A stretch of 64,000 nucleotides of DNA from an uncultured Spirochaetota bacterium (GCA_963845535.1 CAWJSK010000002.1:96001-160000); one strand, 5' to 3'. Numbered from the stretch's first letter, positions 18,798 through 29,256 are shown. Notes: generated by a model from the letters alone, not told the origin. Translations and numbers: made by a program.

Positions 18798-20899
18798 ATG
18801 AGGCTTTTCCGCAAGACGCTGCTGTTCTTCATTGGCGTGATTGTTTTCCAGTCCGCGCTCACCATCCCTCTCATCACGAACCTCATCCACAGGATCAACG
18901 TCTCGGAAGCCCAGGCGGAGCTCGAGGCGGAGTCGGGGATCCTGTATGACAGCTTCAATTCCTGGAAGCGCCAGATCTGGATCAGCTTGATCCAGATCGG
19001 TCGAGACGGGATGGGCAGGTCCGCGCGTTCCTTGCGCGAGATGCTTCTCACAACCAAGGTGGACGCCATCGTCCTGAAAGACCCGCTGGGCCGGATCTCT
19101 GCCATGGTCCAGGGCGCGCCGGGCACTTTCACGATGACCGACCTCGAGGGACTGGCCAACGTGAAGGAGCACCCCTACCTGGAGCTCTCCCTGGTCCACG
19201 GGACGTTCTGCCTGGTCGGCGTTGCCGCCCTCGACCAGGGCGCTCACCCGGGGCGGGCCCACCTGGACATGTTCCTCATCAAGCGGATCGACTCGGATTT
19301 CTGCTCGCAGCTGACCCTGAACCGGCGGTCGCTCGTTGCATTCCTCCTCGGCAAGGAGATCCTCTCCGGTTCGATCTCATCCGACATGACCGGGCCTTTC
19401 TTCGACCCCGTACAGCTTGCCACCTCCTACCAGGAGAGCTACGGCCAGCGAGTCGGCCTGGGACGCTTCAACGTGGCGGTCCAAAGGATGGGCAGGCTGG
19501 GCCAGAGCGAGCATGGAGACGAGCTGTTCTTCGCGACGTTCCTTTCCAGTGATCCCTATGATCAGCGGATCCTCCTCGTGAGCAGGGCCCTTCTCCTCGT
19601 GACCGTAGCGGCGGCCCTTCTCACGATCCTTCTCAGCCTTTTCCTTTCCCGCAACATCACGCACCCGATTGCCGACCTCCTGCGCGGGATGGAAAGGATC
19701 ACCACGGGGGCCTGGGACACCCGCGTGCCCGAAAGCGGCGGTTACGAGATCAGCAGGCTTTTCCACGGGTTCAACGAGATGGCGCGGGAGTTGGAGCAGA
19801 ACCGGGCCGCCATGCACGACTCGATGCGCGAGACGCTTCTCCTCAAGGAATACAACGAGACCATCGTCAACTCCATCAGGGCCGGTATTGCCATCGTCAA
19901 CTGCGACCTCGTGGTGGAGAAGGCAAACAGCTCGTTCCTGGAGTCTTTCGGTCTGGAGGCCCGCAAGGTGATCGGCGCTCCTCTCACCTGGCTCGACATC
20001 GACATTGTGGACGAGTCCGTGGTGGAGAAGATCTTCTCCATCTTTCGCAGGGAAAGGGACTTCGTTTCCGACGTGAAGCGTTCGAAAGCGGGCAGGGTCT
20101 ATGAAGTCCGCCTGTACCCTTTCTTCAGCCCCGAGCGGGAGGCAGGAGGGCCGCCGGCTGCGTCTTCATGACCGACGACATTTCGGCGAAGACCGAGCTG
20201 GAGGAGAAGATCTTCCACGCGGAGAAGCTTGCCTCCATCAGCATGCTCTCCGCCGGGATGGCCCATGAGATCAACAACCCCCTGTCCTCCATCCTCACGA
20301 ACGTGCAGAACCTCATTGACGAAGAGAAAGATCCCGGGCGCTCCGTCTCCCTCAAGTGGATCGAGCAGGAGACCCGCCGGATTGCGCGCATTGTGCAGGA
20401 GCTCCTCAACTTTGCCGCCGCGGATTCCGCCCATGCCCCCGGAAGCGACGTCAATGACGTGGTGGAGGAGGTCTGCCGCATGGTGGGCCGTTCGCTTGCC
20501 CGGGAAGGCCGCATCCGCATTGACACGCGCCTCGCGCGGGGGCTTGCGCCGTCGGTGGTCAGCACGGACGAGCTCAAGCAGGTCGTGATCAACCTGCTCA
20601 CCAACTCGGTGCAGGCCATCGAAGGGCCGGGGCGGGTGCTGGTCTGCACGCGAATGAGGGCGGGGAACATCTCTCTCGTCGTCTCCGACTCCGGCCATGG
20701 CATCCCCAAGGAGATCATCCCCAGGATCTTCGACCCGTTCTTCACGACGAAAGGAAACGGGGAAGGAACGGGGCTCGGGCTGTCAGTAGTCTACGGGATC
20801 ATCACGAAGTACAATGGGGCCATCGACGTGAAAAGCAGGCTCCAGCAGGGAACGCGCATCTCTCTCAGTCTCCCCGGCCTCTCCGGAGGCGCCGCATGA
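18798..20899 (+). CDS. Membrane sensor histidine kinase (TM-HAMP-PAS-like-HisKA-HATPase), frameshifted near 20145-20165
   Basis: TM and HAMP regions are in ORF 18798-20171; AHEINNPL, DSGHG, FDPFFTTK and GTGLGL are in ORF 20168-20899. The shifted frame reads GCVFMTDDIS continuously. Confidence 0.88.
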
Positions 20900-22345
20900 C
20901 CGGACCCTCCATCCTCATTGTCGACGACGAGGACGGAATCCGCCACGGGCTGGAAAACCTCTTCCGCCGGGAGGGATTCACGGTCCACAGCGCTTCCGGG
21001 TACGAGGCCGCCGCGGCGGCGGCCGGGCGCTGCACGTTGGACGTGGCCCTGATCGACATCCGTTTGAAAGGAACCAAAAACGGCCTGGAGCTCCTCAAGG
21101 AGCTCAAGCGCGTCGAGCCTGATCTCGTGGTCATCGTGATAACCGGCTTCGGGAGCATTGACACGGCGGTTTCCGCCCTGAAGGGCGGGGCGGCCGACTA
21201 CTTCCTGAAACCAATCGACAACACGAAGCTCCTCGACGCGGTTCGAAAAAGCCTCCAGCTCAGGGCGCTGGCCACGGAGAACCGCTACCTGCGGGACGAG
21301 CTGAACCGTCGATCCATGCCCCATCACTTCATCACGAAAGACCCGGCGGTGAGGGAGCTGATCTCCACGGCGGACAAGGTGAAGGACACGAACGTCACCG
21401 TGCTGATCACGGGGGAAAGCGGCACCGGCAAGGAAGTGCTGGCGCGGCACATCCACTATACCGGCGCACGCAAGGACGGGACTTTCGTGTCCATCAACTG
21501 CGCGGCACTTAATGAGAGCCTCCTCCTGAGCGAGCTTTTTGGCCATGAGCGGGGCGCTTTCACCGGGGCCGTGGAGAGGAAACGCGGCAAGTTCGAGCTG
21601 GCGGACGGCGGGACGCTGTTCCTGGACGAGATCGGGGACATGTCGCTCGAGGTCCAGGCGAAGCTCTTGCGCGTCATCGAGGAGGCGAGCTTCGAGCGGG
21701 TGGGCGGCACGAAGACCATCAGGGTGGACACGCGGATCATAGCGGCGACGAACAAGGACCTGGCGGCGGGGATCCGAGACGGGAAGTTCCGTGAAGACCT
21801 GTTCTACCGCATCAACGTGGTCTCTATTCCTTTGCCGCCGCTTCGGGAACGGCGCGGCGACATCAGCCTTCTGACGGAGCACTTCATCCAGAAGTACAGC
21901 GAGCGCTACACGCGGCCTCCGGTGCGCCTGAGCGCGCAGACGCTGGCGGCGCTGGAGGCGTGGCACTGGCCGGGAAACGTGAGGGAGCTGGAGAACACCG
22001 TGAACCAGATCGTGCTGCTGGGGGAGGCGAGCTTCCTTGCGCCGGGAAGGCCGGGCGCGCCTCGGGCCGCCATGCCCGCGCCCGCCGGCGATCCGGCCCA
22101 TGCGCCCGCCGGCGATGGTGGCCCGCGCGCCCGCCGGCGTGGTGGCCCGCGGCGCGCCCGTTGATCCTCCCTCTGCGGGGCCCCTGAAGGAAACCCTGGG
22201 AGCGGCGAGCGAGCTCTACGAGAGCCGCCTGATTGCCGAATGCCTTTCCAGAAACGGCGGGAACAAGTCCAGGACGGCGCGCGAGCTTTCCATCACTCGG
22301 AAGACCTTAGCTCGGAAGATCGCGAAATATGGGTTGTCGCAATGA
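20896..22345 (+). CDS. sigma54-dependent NtrC-family response regulator (REC-AAA+-Fis HTH), frameshifted in a GC-rich linker repeat
   Basis: [20 protein letters not shown] and WPGNVREL motifs. The HTH ([23 protein letters not shown]) is in another frame ending at 22345. Confidence 0.9.
22078..22150 (+). repeat. Approximately 24-nt imperfect tandem repeat (core GCGCCCGCCGGCG x3)
   Basis: Encodes APAGD-type units in the AAA-HTH linker; one unit is 25 nt long and shifts the frame. Confidence 0.75.
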
Positions 22346-22730
22346 AGCGCGCCGTGGCTTCCGCCGCCACCGTCCCCTCTTCGTCGTAGATCCATCCCCG
22401 CGTGTTGAGGACCCGCCCCCGCGCCTCATGGACCTTGCCCACGGCGCGGATTCTGGAGCCGATCTCCACGATCTTCTGAAAACGGACCGTCATCTCGGCG
22501 GTCACGGCCCGTTGCGAGATTCCCACGCACGCGTGCGCCATGATCTCATCCAGGATGGTGGCCAGGAAGCCGCCGTGGGTCATCTTCTTCCACCCGGAGA
22601 AATACGAAGGCACTTCCAGGCTCGTTTCGGCGGAGCCTTTTTCAGGATACGTGATTATGAGATGCAGGCCCTTGTCATTGTCGGCGCCGCAGCAGAAGCA
22701 CTGCCCGTCCCTTTCGACCGTCGCGTCCAT
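22293..22730 (-). CDS. PaaI-family (hotdog fold) thioesterase
   Basis: CFCCGADNDKGLHL and HGGFLATILDE motifs. Confidence 0.88.
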   Translation of the reverse strand: MDATVERDGQCFCCGADNDKGLHLIITYPEKGSAETSLEVPSYFSGWKKMTHGGFLATILDEIMAHACVGISQRAVTAEMTVRFQKIVEIGSRIRAVGKVHEARGRVLNTRGWIYDEEGTVAAEATARFIATTHISRSSELRSSE

Positions 22731-22775
22731 GGGGCATAAGATACCGAAAAGCGCCGTACGTGTCAGCGAGGAGGC

Positions 22776-22794
22776 AGGCTTTTCGGGAAAGCCT
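22776..22794 (-). terminator. Small hairpin directly after the nuclease gene
   Basis: AGGCTTT-TCGGG-AAAGCCT; no clear U-tract. Confidence 0.4.
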
Positions 22795-22798
22795 TCTG

Positions 22799-23605
22799 TC
22801 ATCCCTCGGACTGATGCCTGTATGTGTCAAGCTCGGACGGGGAAAGCTGCGATGGGTCCACCAGACGATAGTGCTTTTCGGAAACGACCCGCAGCTCGTC
22901 GCTCTCCTGCTGGATCTCGAAGAGGGCAATCAGCCTGTCCTTGGTGAATTGAGCAGCAAGCGGCCGGCAGACAAGGTTGGGAAACTTCTCTGAGCACATT
23001 GCCAGATCTTGCTCTATTTGAACGATGTTTATCATGTCTTTGGCGCCCTTGGCTTGGATGGGAAAAGCAAAATGCGCTCCCCGCCTGTCTATTCCCATGT
23101 ATATCTCATCCGTCTCGATCTGCCCGACCGTCTCGACAAATGTCCGCAGATGATTCTGGAGCGAATAGCACGCGACACCTGTGAAAACATCAATGAGCCG
23201 GTTGTAACGCAGTCTGGCAAGAAGAGCCTGTTCATCATTCAAGGCGTACATGCTTATGATTCCCGGAGTGGCATCAGGGATTTTCGTCTCCGTAAGAGAT
23301 GGGTTCGGCTGGATGTGGGGCTGTGCCACGGCCGCAAAGGCATAGAGGGACTTGCCCGACGGCCTGATTATCCATTCAAGCCCTTTGGGAGCTTTCTCTT
23401 TGACGCTTTGTGGAAGCGAATATCTATACCGAAAGGAGTATACAAGATCACCGATGTTCTTTGGCGGTTTGAGGCCCGCCGCCGCGGCTGCTGAAAGCAG
23501 CTCTTCTCTGGAAAACGCAACTCGCCGGGCACCCGGCAGGTAATGAGCATGAAACACGCGCTCGATTATTTGTTCGTACCGGTTTGCCTTTTTTTCCTTG
23601 GCCAT
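22799..23605 (-). CDS. Putative type II restriction endonuclease (PD-(D/E)xK-like)
   Basis: Directly downstream of a DNA methyltransferase. QIETDEIY...PIQAKG resembles a D...QxK nuclease active site. GC content is lower than in the flanks. Confidence 0.7.
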   Translation of the reverse strand: MAKEKKANRYEQIIERVFHAHYLPGARRVAFSREELLSAAAAAGLKPPKNIGDLVYSFRYRYSLPQSVKEKAPKGLEWIIRPSGKSLYAFAAVAQPHIQPNPSLTETKIPDATPGIISMYALNDEQALLARLRYNRLIDVFTGVACYSLQNHLRTFVETVGQIETDEIYMGIDRRGAHFAFPIQAKGAKDMINIVQIEQDLAMCSEKFPNLVCRPLAAQFTKDRLIALFEIQQESDELRVVSEKHYRLVDPSQLSPSELDTYRHQSEG

Positions 23606-23616
23606 CGTTTCAAGTC

Positions 23617-24939
23617 TTATCCGGGCCAGCGCAAGAGGAGGACCTCCTCCCGCAACTGTTCCCCCGTGGCGGTGGCGTATCGTGTCCTGAAAAGGTCAAT
23701 TGCCTCTACGACATAACCGAGTGATTCGGCGATCTCGGCAAGGATATGCCCGGTCCGGATCATCACTCGCAGATAGGAGGCCTGGTCTCCGACAACGTAC
23801 GCAAGGAAAGCTCCCGGGCGCAAGGCGTGGCGGAGGGACGACAGATGCTGAGTCATTCCTCCGAAGTACAACTTGGTTACTCGATGATAGAGCCGTTCGA
23901 ACCCGGAGGTCTTTCCCAGCGAAATCCTTCGAGACTCGATATCCTTTGCAAGACCCTGAATCGTGGAGTTGTGCTTCACGAGATCATCATCCCGGTCGTG
24001 GACATAGACGCTGCGCGTGTTTGAGCGCACAAGCGATTTCTTTGCGCTGCGAACGTCATCCATGCTCCCGGCGAGGCCGAGAACGACGGTCTCCAAGCGT
24101 GTTGTTCGAGTGTAGTCTTTCTCATTCGGATAGGGTGGGGACGTAAATACCGCATCCACCGATGACGGTGGGAGCACAGAGGCAACATCCCGGGAGTCCG
24201 CCTGATGAATGCTTGACTGATGCCAAGGTCGTGAAGAAACTGATTCGAGATCGAATGCGATCTTGTCAACTTTCAACAGCCAGGGCTGGACGACTGCGGC
24301 ATCATGTTTGACTTTTCCGATCCCGACCTCGGGACCGAATTTCAGATTGCCTGCTTCTTCAACAAGCGTCTTGGCGACAGCAAGCAGTTCCTTCTCTCGT
24401 ATTTGTTCGTTGGCTTCTTGTCTGATGAAGTCCATCAAGACAAGGACCTTGTGCAGCGGCAAGGGACTGATTGAGTTCTTCAGCAAGAGACGGAAGGCTT
24501 CCGCCGACAGCGTTCTCAAGGCTTTCAGTTCAATGGCGGGATCATTGAGACGAGGATCATCCTCAATTCCTTGACTGCTCAGAGCCTCCTGGCATCTTAT
24601 GGCGACCGTCATGGCGCTTCTTTTCAGGGACTCGGAATCAACACTCCACTCGGTCTTGACCCGAGAGGCAAACACCGGCATTGGCAGTGCCTCTATTCCA
24701 ACAGATCTGAGCCCGACTTTCTGACATTCGACAATTGCTGTGCCCGTGCCGCAGAAAGGGTCAAGGATCGTGGCTTCGTCACTGAGCTTGAAACGGGAAA
24801 GATATTTTCTCACGACATGGGGCGGAAAAGAAAGAACGAATCGATACCAGTCATGGACTGGCAGGTCCTCCGGGAATATCTTGTTCGCGTCTGAGTTTTG
24901 AAGCGGAATATCAAAAAGCGAAGCGTCAACTTGACTCAT
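23617..24939 (-). CDS. DNA amino-methyltransferase, probably N4-cytosine, alpha-type motif order
   Basis: Motif I LDPFCGTGT precedes motif IV TSPPY; HDWYRF near the N-terminus. The real start is probably ATG 24939. Confidence 0.9.
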   Translation of the reverse strand: MSQVDASLFDIPLQNSDANKIFPEDLPVHDWYRFVLSFPPHVVRKYLSRFKLSDEATILDPFCGTGTAIVECQKVGLRSVGIEALPMPVFASRVKTEWSVDSESLKRSAMTVAIRCQEALSSQGIEDDPRLNDPAIELKALRTLSAEAFRLLLKNSISPLPLHKVLVLMDFIRQEANEQIREKELLAVAKTLVEEAGNLKFGPEVGIGKVKHDAAVVQPWLLKVDKIAFDLESVSSRPWHQSSIHQADSRDVASVLPPSSVDAVFTSPPYPNEKDYTRTTRLETVVLGLAGSMDDVRSAKKSLVRSNTRSVYVHDRDDDLVKHNSTIQGLAKDIESRRISLGKTSGFERLYHRVTKLYFGGMTQHLSSLRHALRPGAFLAYVVGDQASYLRVMIRTGHILAEIAESLGYVVEAIDLFRTRYATATGEQLREEVLLLRWPG

Positions 24940-25017
24940 CCGCACGAGATTACCCCTTTTGTCAGGATTGAGCAATCTTTCCTCATTGTTACGGCGTTCG
25001 TTTCCTGGTGCTTGTGC

Positions 25018-25026
25018 TGGTATAAT
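25018..25026 (+). promoter_or_regulatory. Extended -10 promoter for ybaK
   Basis: TGG-TATAAT 17 nt before the start codon. Confidence 0.6.
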
Positions 25027-25042
25027 CAGAAGCAGGAAAGTC

Positions 25043-25519
25043 ATGGCAAGAACTGGCAGGACAAATGTCATGCGGATCTTGGAGTCGATGGATATTCCCT
25101 TCGACGTGGCTGAATATCCCGTTGCTGACGAGCATGTTGATGCGGTGCGAGTTGCCCAAACCCTCGGCGTCTTGCCGGAGATCGTGTTCAAGACGCTCGT
25201 TGCCAGAAACGAGAAGAACGAGCCGCTCGTGTTCTGCGTCCCCGGGCCCTCGGAGCTGAACCTGAAAAAGGCCGCGCGCGCCGCGGGGGCCAAAAGCGTG
25301 GAGCTCGTTCCTCTCAAGGACCTCACGGCGCTCACCGGATACGTTCGCGGGGGATGTTCCCCCATTGGAATGAAGAAGAAGTATCCGACGTGGATCGACG
25401 AGATCGCTCTCCTGTATGAAAAGATCTACGTGAACGCCGGAGCGCGGGGCTTCCAGGTGATCGTTTCACCCGGCGAGCTGTGCAAAGCGGCGCAGGCCGA
25501 GCCAGCGGACCTCGTCTGA
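25043..25519 (+). CDS. ybaK: Cys-tRNA(Pro) deacylase
   Basis: TNVMRIL, VFKTLV, TGYVRGGCSPIG and NAGARG motifs. Confidence 0.93.
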   Translation: MARTGRTNVMRILESMDIPFDVAEYPVADEHVDAVRVAQTLGVLPEIVFKTLVARNEKNEPLVFCVPGPSELNLKKAARAAGAKSVELVPLKDLTALTGYVRGGCSPIGMKKKYPTWIDEIALLYEKIYVNAGARGFQVIVSPGELCKAAQAEPADLV

Positions 25520-25523
25520 GGCG

Positions 25524-25550
25524 AAAAAAAGCCCCGGCTCAGCCGGGGCT
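25524..25550 (-). terminator. Intrinsic terminator between convergent genes
   Basis: AGCCCCGGCT/AGCCGGGGCT hairpin with a T-run on the minus strand. Confidence 0.85.
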
Positions 25551-25574
25551 CTGGTGTCGAGAACGTTCCTGAGC

Positions 25575-25853
25575 TTACCAGACCTTCAGCAGCGTGCCGG
25601 CCCGGGAGAGGTACCACACGAAGATCACCGCAGTCACCCCTGCGGCGCTGAAGAACCACACGTACAGCGCACCGCCCTCTTCCCGGCTCGCAAATCCGAT
25701 GATGAGCGCGATGATGAGCGCGGTGAGGAACCCGATGATGGCCAGGATTCCCGCCACGAGGTTTTCATTGTAGATCGAGATGTAGCAGAAGAGGAACGTG
25801 AAAACCAGAAGCAGGAAAAGTCCGAAGAAGAATACCAGGTAATTTCTCGTCAT
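25575..25853 (-). CDS. Small 3-TM membrane protein
   Basis: AAAGGAG RBS, three hydrophobic helices, followed by a terminator. Confidence 0.75.
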   Translation of the reverse strand: MTRNYLVFFFGLFLLLVFTFLFCYISIYNENLVAGILAIIGFLTALIIALIIGFASREEGGALYVWFFSAAGVTAVIFVWYLSRAGTLLKVW

Positions 25854-25975
25854 TGCCGCGCTCCTTTATTCAGTGATTGATTGCCCGTCTTCTATCCTAC
25901 TCCATTTTTCGCGAAAATCAAGACGCGCGCCCGCGGCGCCTCCGCCGCGAAGCGGGCTCACACGCTTCCCACTAT

Positions 25976-27787
25976 TCATCTGTTAAGCTTTTCAGGTGCG
26001 CCGCTCTGCGCCAGCTCTTCCGCCCGCGCGACCATCTCGGACAACAAGTCCAGGCCGCGGAGCCAGAAGTCAGGCGCGGTCAGGTCCACGCGGAGCGGCT
26101 TGACCAGCTCGTGCGGCCAGTCGGAGCCGCCGGCGGCGAGCATTCGCAGGTACAGGTCAGGGAACCCTTCGCCTGCTTCCCGGTAGCGCGCGTACAGCGC
26201 TCGGACCAGCAGGTCGCCGAACGCGTAGACGTAGACGTACCCCGGGGTGTGGATGAAGTGGGGGATGTAGCTCCACCATATCCCGTAATCCTCGGTAAGA
26301 GTGACGCTGTCCGCGAACATCGCCCGCTGCGTGGAAAGCCACATCTCGCTGATGCGCTCCGTGGTCAGCTCCCCCTCGGCGCGCGCACCGTGGGCCGCGT
26401 CCTCGAACCTGTTCATTGCCACCTGCCGAAAGACCGTGGCGAACGAGCTTTCGATCCGACGAACCAGCATTCCCAGCTCGGCGGCGGGATCTTTCTCCTG
26501 CGCCAGGAGGTCCTGGAACACGAGCGTCTCACCGAAGATCGACGCGGTCTCCGCTGTTGTAAGCGGTGTGCTCCAGGAGAGGATGCCCTGCGGGCGGGAA
26601 AGGTACTGGTGCACGCCGTGGCCCAGCTCGTGGGCGAGCGTCATGACGTCGTCCGCTTTGCCCTGGAAGTTGAGAAGGACATAGGGGTGGAGGGAGGGGA
26701 CCGTGGCAGCGCAGAACGCGCCTCCCCTCTTGCCGGGATGAACGGAGGCGTCGATCCAGCCTTTCTGGAAGAATGCCGACGCGATCTCCGCCATCCGTGG
26801 GTGGAATTTTCCGTACGCGCGTATGACGGTTTCCCGGGCTTCTTCCCAGGTGTAGCGCCTTTCCGCGCCGGCAAGCGGCGCGTAGCGGTCATAATCGAAG
26901 AGCTCGTCGAGGCCGAGCAGCCCTTTCTTCAGGCGATAGTAGCGCTCAACGAGATCGTATCGGGAGCAGACGGCGTTCACCAGGGCGTCCACGACGGTAT
27001 CATCCACCTGATTGTCCATGTTCCGCGACGATATCCAGGTCGGGTACCTGCGGAGCCTGTTCTCCGAGGCGAGGTCCGCGAAGATCGTGTTTGCGATATA
27101 GGTGGTGGTGCGCTGGATGCCCGAAAGCCCGCGGGTCAGCGCCGCCGCGGCCTTCCGCCTGGTCTCCCGGTCCGGCGAGTACAGGTTGGCAAGCAAGGCT
27201 TGTTGCGGGACGCGCCCTCCGTCCCAATCATAGAGCGTCGCGGAATGTACCTCGTCGAAAAACCGGGACCATGCCAGCCGCCCCGTCACGGATTTCTCTC
27301 TCAGTATCCTTTCCTCCGGCTCGCTCAGGAGGTGCGGCCGGTAGCGGCGTGAGAGAATGAGCCAGTGGCGCCAGCGGGCCAGGCGCGGATCATTCGTCAG
27401 CCGGTGTGCCGTCTCATCCGTGGCCTCTGCCCACTCCAGGTCTACGAACACCAGGCGCTGCGACAGACGGGACTCGGTCTCCATCTGCTTCTGGAAAAGG
27501 GCCCCTCGGCCCGGGTCATCGCTTTGCGTTGCCCACGAGAGGTGGGCGTAGCTTGCGGCCCTCCCCATGCGCTCCGCGAGCGCTTCATAGCTCTCCAGGA
27601 GCCGGCTCATCTCCTCTGCCTCCAATGCGGCCACTCTCCCCCGGTAGCGCGCGGCAAAGGAGTCCACATCCTGATCCAGCACTGCCATTTCGGAGTCGAT
27701 GCGCTGGCCTGCCGGCTCGGGATAGACGTCCGAAAGGTTCCACGCAACCGTCTCCGCGCCGGTGCGCTGGTCGTTGTCTTCCTTCAT
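25976..27787 (-). CDS. pepF: M3 family oligoendopeptidase F
   Basis: WNLSDVY, GKRGGAFC, TLAHELGHGVH and YIPHF...YVYVYAFG motifs. Confidence 0.93.
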   Translation of the reverse strand: MKEDNDQRTGAETVAWNLSDVYPEPAGQRIDSEMAVLDQDVDSFAARYRGRVAALEAEEMSRLLESYEALAERMGRAASYAHLSWATQSDDPGRGALFQKQMETESRLSQRLVFVDLEWAEATDETAHRLTNDPRLARWRHWLILSRRYRPHLLSEPEERILREKSVTGRLAWSRFFDEVHSATLYDWDGGRVPQQALLANLYSPDRETRRKAAAALTRGLSGIQRTTTYIANTIFADLASENRLRRYPTWISSRNMDNQVDDTVVDALVNAVCSRYDLVERYYRLKKGLLGLDELFDYDRYAPLAGAERRYTWEEARETVIRAYGKFHPRMAEIASAFFQKGWIDASVHPGKRGGAFCAATVPSLHPYVLLNFQGKADDVMTLAHELGHGVHQYLSRPQGILSWSTPLTTAETASIFGETLVFQDLLAQEKDPAAELGMLVRRIESSFATVFRQVAMNRFEDAAHGARAEGELTTERISEMWLSTQRAMFADSVTLTEDYGIWWSYIPHFIHTPGYVYVYAFGDLLVRALYARYREAGEGFPDLYLRMLAAGGSDWPHELVKPLRVDLTAPDFWLRGLDLLSEMVARAEELAQSGAPEKLNR

Positions 27788-29052
27788 GCGGGTTGAAGCC
27801 TCCTCTGCGTCTCTTCCAGCGCGGCTATGCGCTCCGCCAGGGTGGGATGCGAATAATGGAAGAAGCTGTACAGGGGATGGGGGGTGAGGTTGCTCAGGTT
27901 TTCACGGCTGAGCCTGAGCAGCGCGGAGATCATGCCCGCCGCGGAGCCGACCCCCTGCACGGCGAACCTGTCCGCCTCGTATTCATGCCGCCGGGACCAG
28001 AGGGAGGAAAGGGGCTGGAGGAAGAACGTGAAGGGGCCCGAGCAGAATGCAAGGAGGATCAGGATGGCGTGGTAACCGGGTTGGTGGAAGCCGAACGCCT
28101 GGTACAGCGGCAGGTAGGGGAGAAGGAGGCTGATGATCCAGAACCCGATCAGGGACATCGCCAGGGAGACCGCGATGCCTTTTTTCACGTGGTTCTTTTT
28201 CTCATGACCGATCTCGTGCGCCAGCACGGAAAGTATCTCCTCCTTCGACGAGGAGGCAACCAGCGTGTCGAAAAGCACGATCCGCTTTGACCTCCCGAGG
28301 CCCGTGAAATACGCGTTGGAATGGCTGGAGCGTTTGCTTGAGTCCACGACGAAGATTCCCTTTGTCCGGAAGCCCAGCTTCGCGGCCAGGGTCATGATTG
28401 CCTCTTTGAGCTCACCGTCCGGGAGGGGGGTGAACTTGTTGAAAAGAGGGGCAATGACCAGCGGCGCAAGGATGCTCATCACGACCTGGAAGACGCTCAT
28501 GGCCCCGAACGCCCAAATCCACCAGAACCTTCCAGTCTTGTCCATGAACCAGAACAGCCCCAGCAGGACGGGAATGCCGATCACCGCGGAGACGGCAAAT
28601 CCTTTCAGCGTGTCCACGACGTACAACAGAGGCGTCGTCCTGTTGAAGCCGAACCGCGCCTCGACGGAGAAGGTGGAATACAGGGAGAAAGGGAGCGCCA
28701 GCACCCAGAACAGAAGAGACACGCACGCGATCACGACGATGCCCTGGAAATACGGATGGAGGGGCAGGGTCCGGATGGCGTCATCCACGGTCCCCAGGAA
28801 TCCCGAGAGGACAACGGCAAGGAGGGCCGCGGCGGAAAATCCCCCGGCGGCCAGGCCGAACCTCCCGCGCGTAATGGTGTAGGAAACCGAGCGCGCATAT
28901 GTCTCCTTGTCGATCACCCCGGCGAACGCCCGCGGGACCTCGGAGGCGTTCTTCTGGACGTGCCCCAGGTTGAGCAGGCTGAGCGCCAACTCCCAGAAGT
29001 ACTCCACGAAGAAGAAGACAAGATACAGGATGAGAATGCTCTGTGCGCTCAC
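27784..29052 (-). CDS. M48 family Ste24-type membrane metallopeptidase
   Basis: SNAYFTG, RIVLFDTL, LAHEIGH, EYEAD and YSHPTLAERI motifs; 4-bp overlap with pepF. Confidence 0.93.
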   Translation of the reverse strand: MSAQSILILYLVFFFVEYFWELALSLLNLGHVQKNASEVPRAFAGVIDKETYARSVSYTITRGRFGLAAGGFSAAALLAVVLSGFLGTVDDAIRTLPLHPYFQGIVVIACVSLLFWVLALPFSLYSTFSVEARFGFNRTTPLLYVVDTLKGFAVSAVIGIPVLLGLFWFMDKTGRFWWIWAFGAMSVFQVVMSILAPLVIAPLFNKFTPLPDGELKEAIMTLAAKLGFRTKGIFVVDSSKRSSHSNAYFTGLGRSKRIVLFDTLVASSSKEEILSVLAHEIGHEKKNHVKKGIAVSLAMSLIGFWIISLLLPYLPLYQAFGFHQPGYHAILILLAFCSGPFTFFLQPLSSLWSRRHEYEADRFAVQGVGSAAGMISALLRLSRENLSNLTPHPLYSFFHYSHPTLAERIAALEETQRRLQPA

Positions 29053-29206
29053 GGTTTTACCTTTCTCACATCAAAGTAATCGGCATGCCGGCCCAAGGCA
29101 ATGAGTCCGAACGGGTATCCCCGTATCGTGCGCGGAGGCGCGTATTCTTTCGCCGAACAGGCCTGCGCGTCCTTCCACACCACCGGCGGAAAAAAGGAAA
29201 ATTCTT

Positions 29207-29235
29207 TTGAAAAGGCGGCCTGCCTGCATTACAAT
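29207..29235 (+). promoter_or_regulatory. sigma70-type promoter
   Basis: TTGAAA-N17-TACAAT. Confidence 0.65.
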
Positions 29236-29256
29236 CACGGCATCAAGGAGGGCAAA

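Noticed and set aside
20168..20899. Stand-alone soluble kinase (split sensor system)
   Set aside because: Although an ATGA overlap exists, the shifted frame continues a PAS-like strand (GCVFMTDDIS), which favours one frameshifted gene.
22070..22160. CRISPR-like repeats
   Set aside because: Coding tandem repeats without unique spacers; no cas genes in the window.
22799..23605. Assigning a named restriction enzyme or recognition sequence
   Set aside because: Cannot be supported without a REBASE search or methylome data.
23617..25365. 582-aa methyltransferase with a long N-terminal extension
   Set aside because: The extension is the antisense shadow of ybaK; a promoter and plausible start lie at 24939.
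29053..29206. Riboswitch-like pairings upstream of the Ste24 gene
   Set aside because: Only short GC-rich complementarities, with no recognisable riboswitch consensus.
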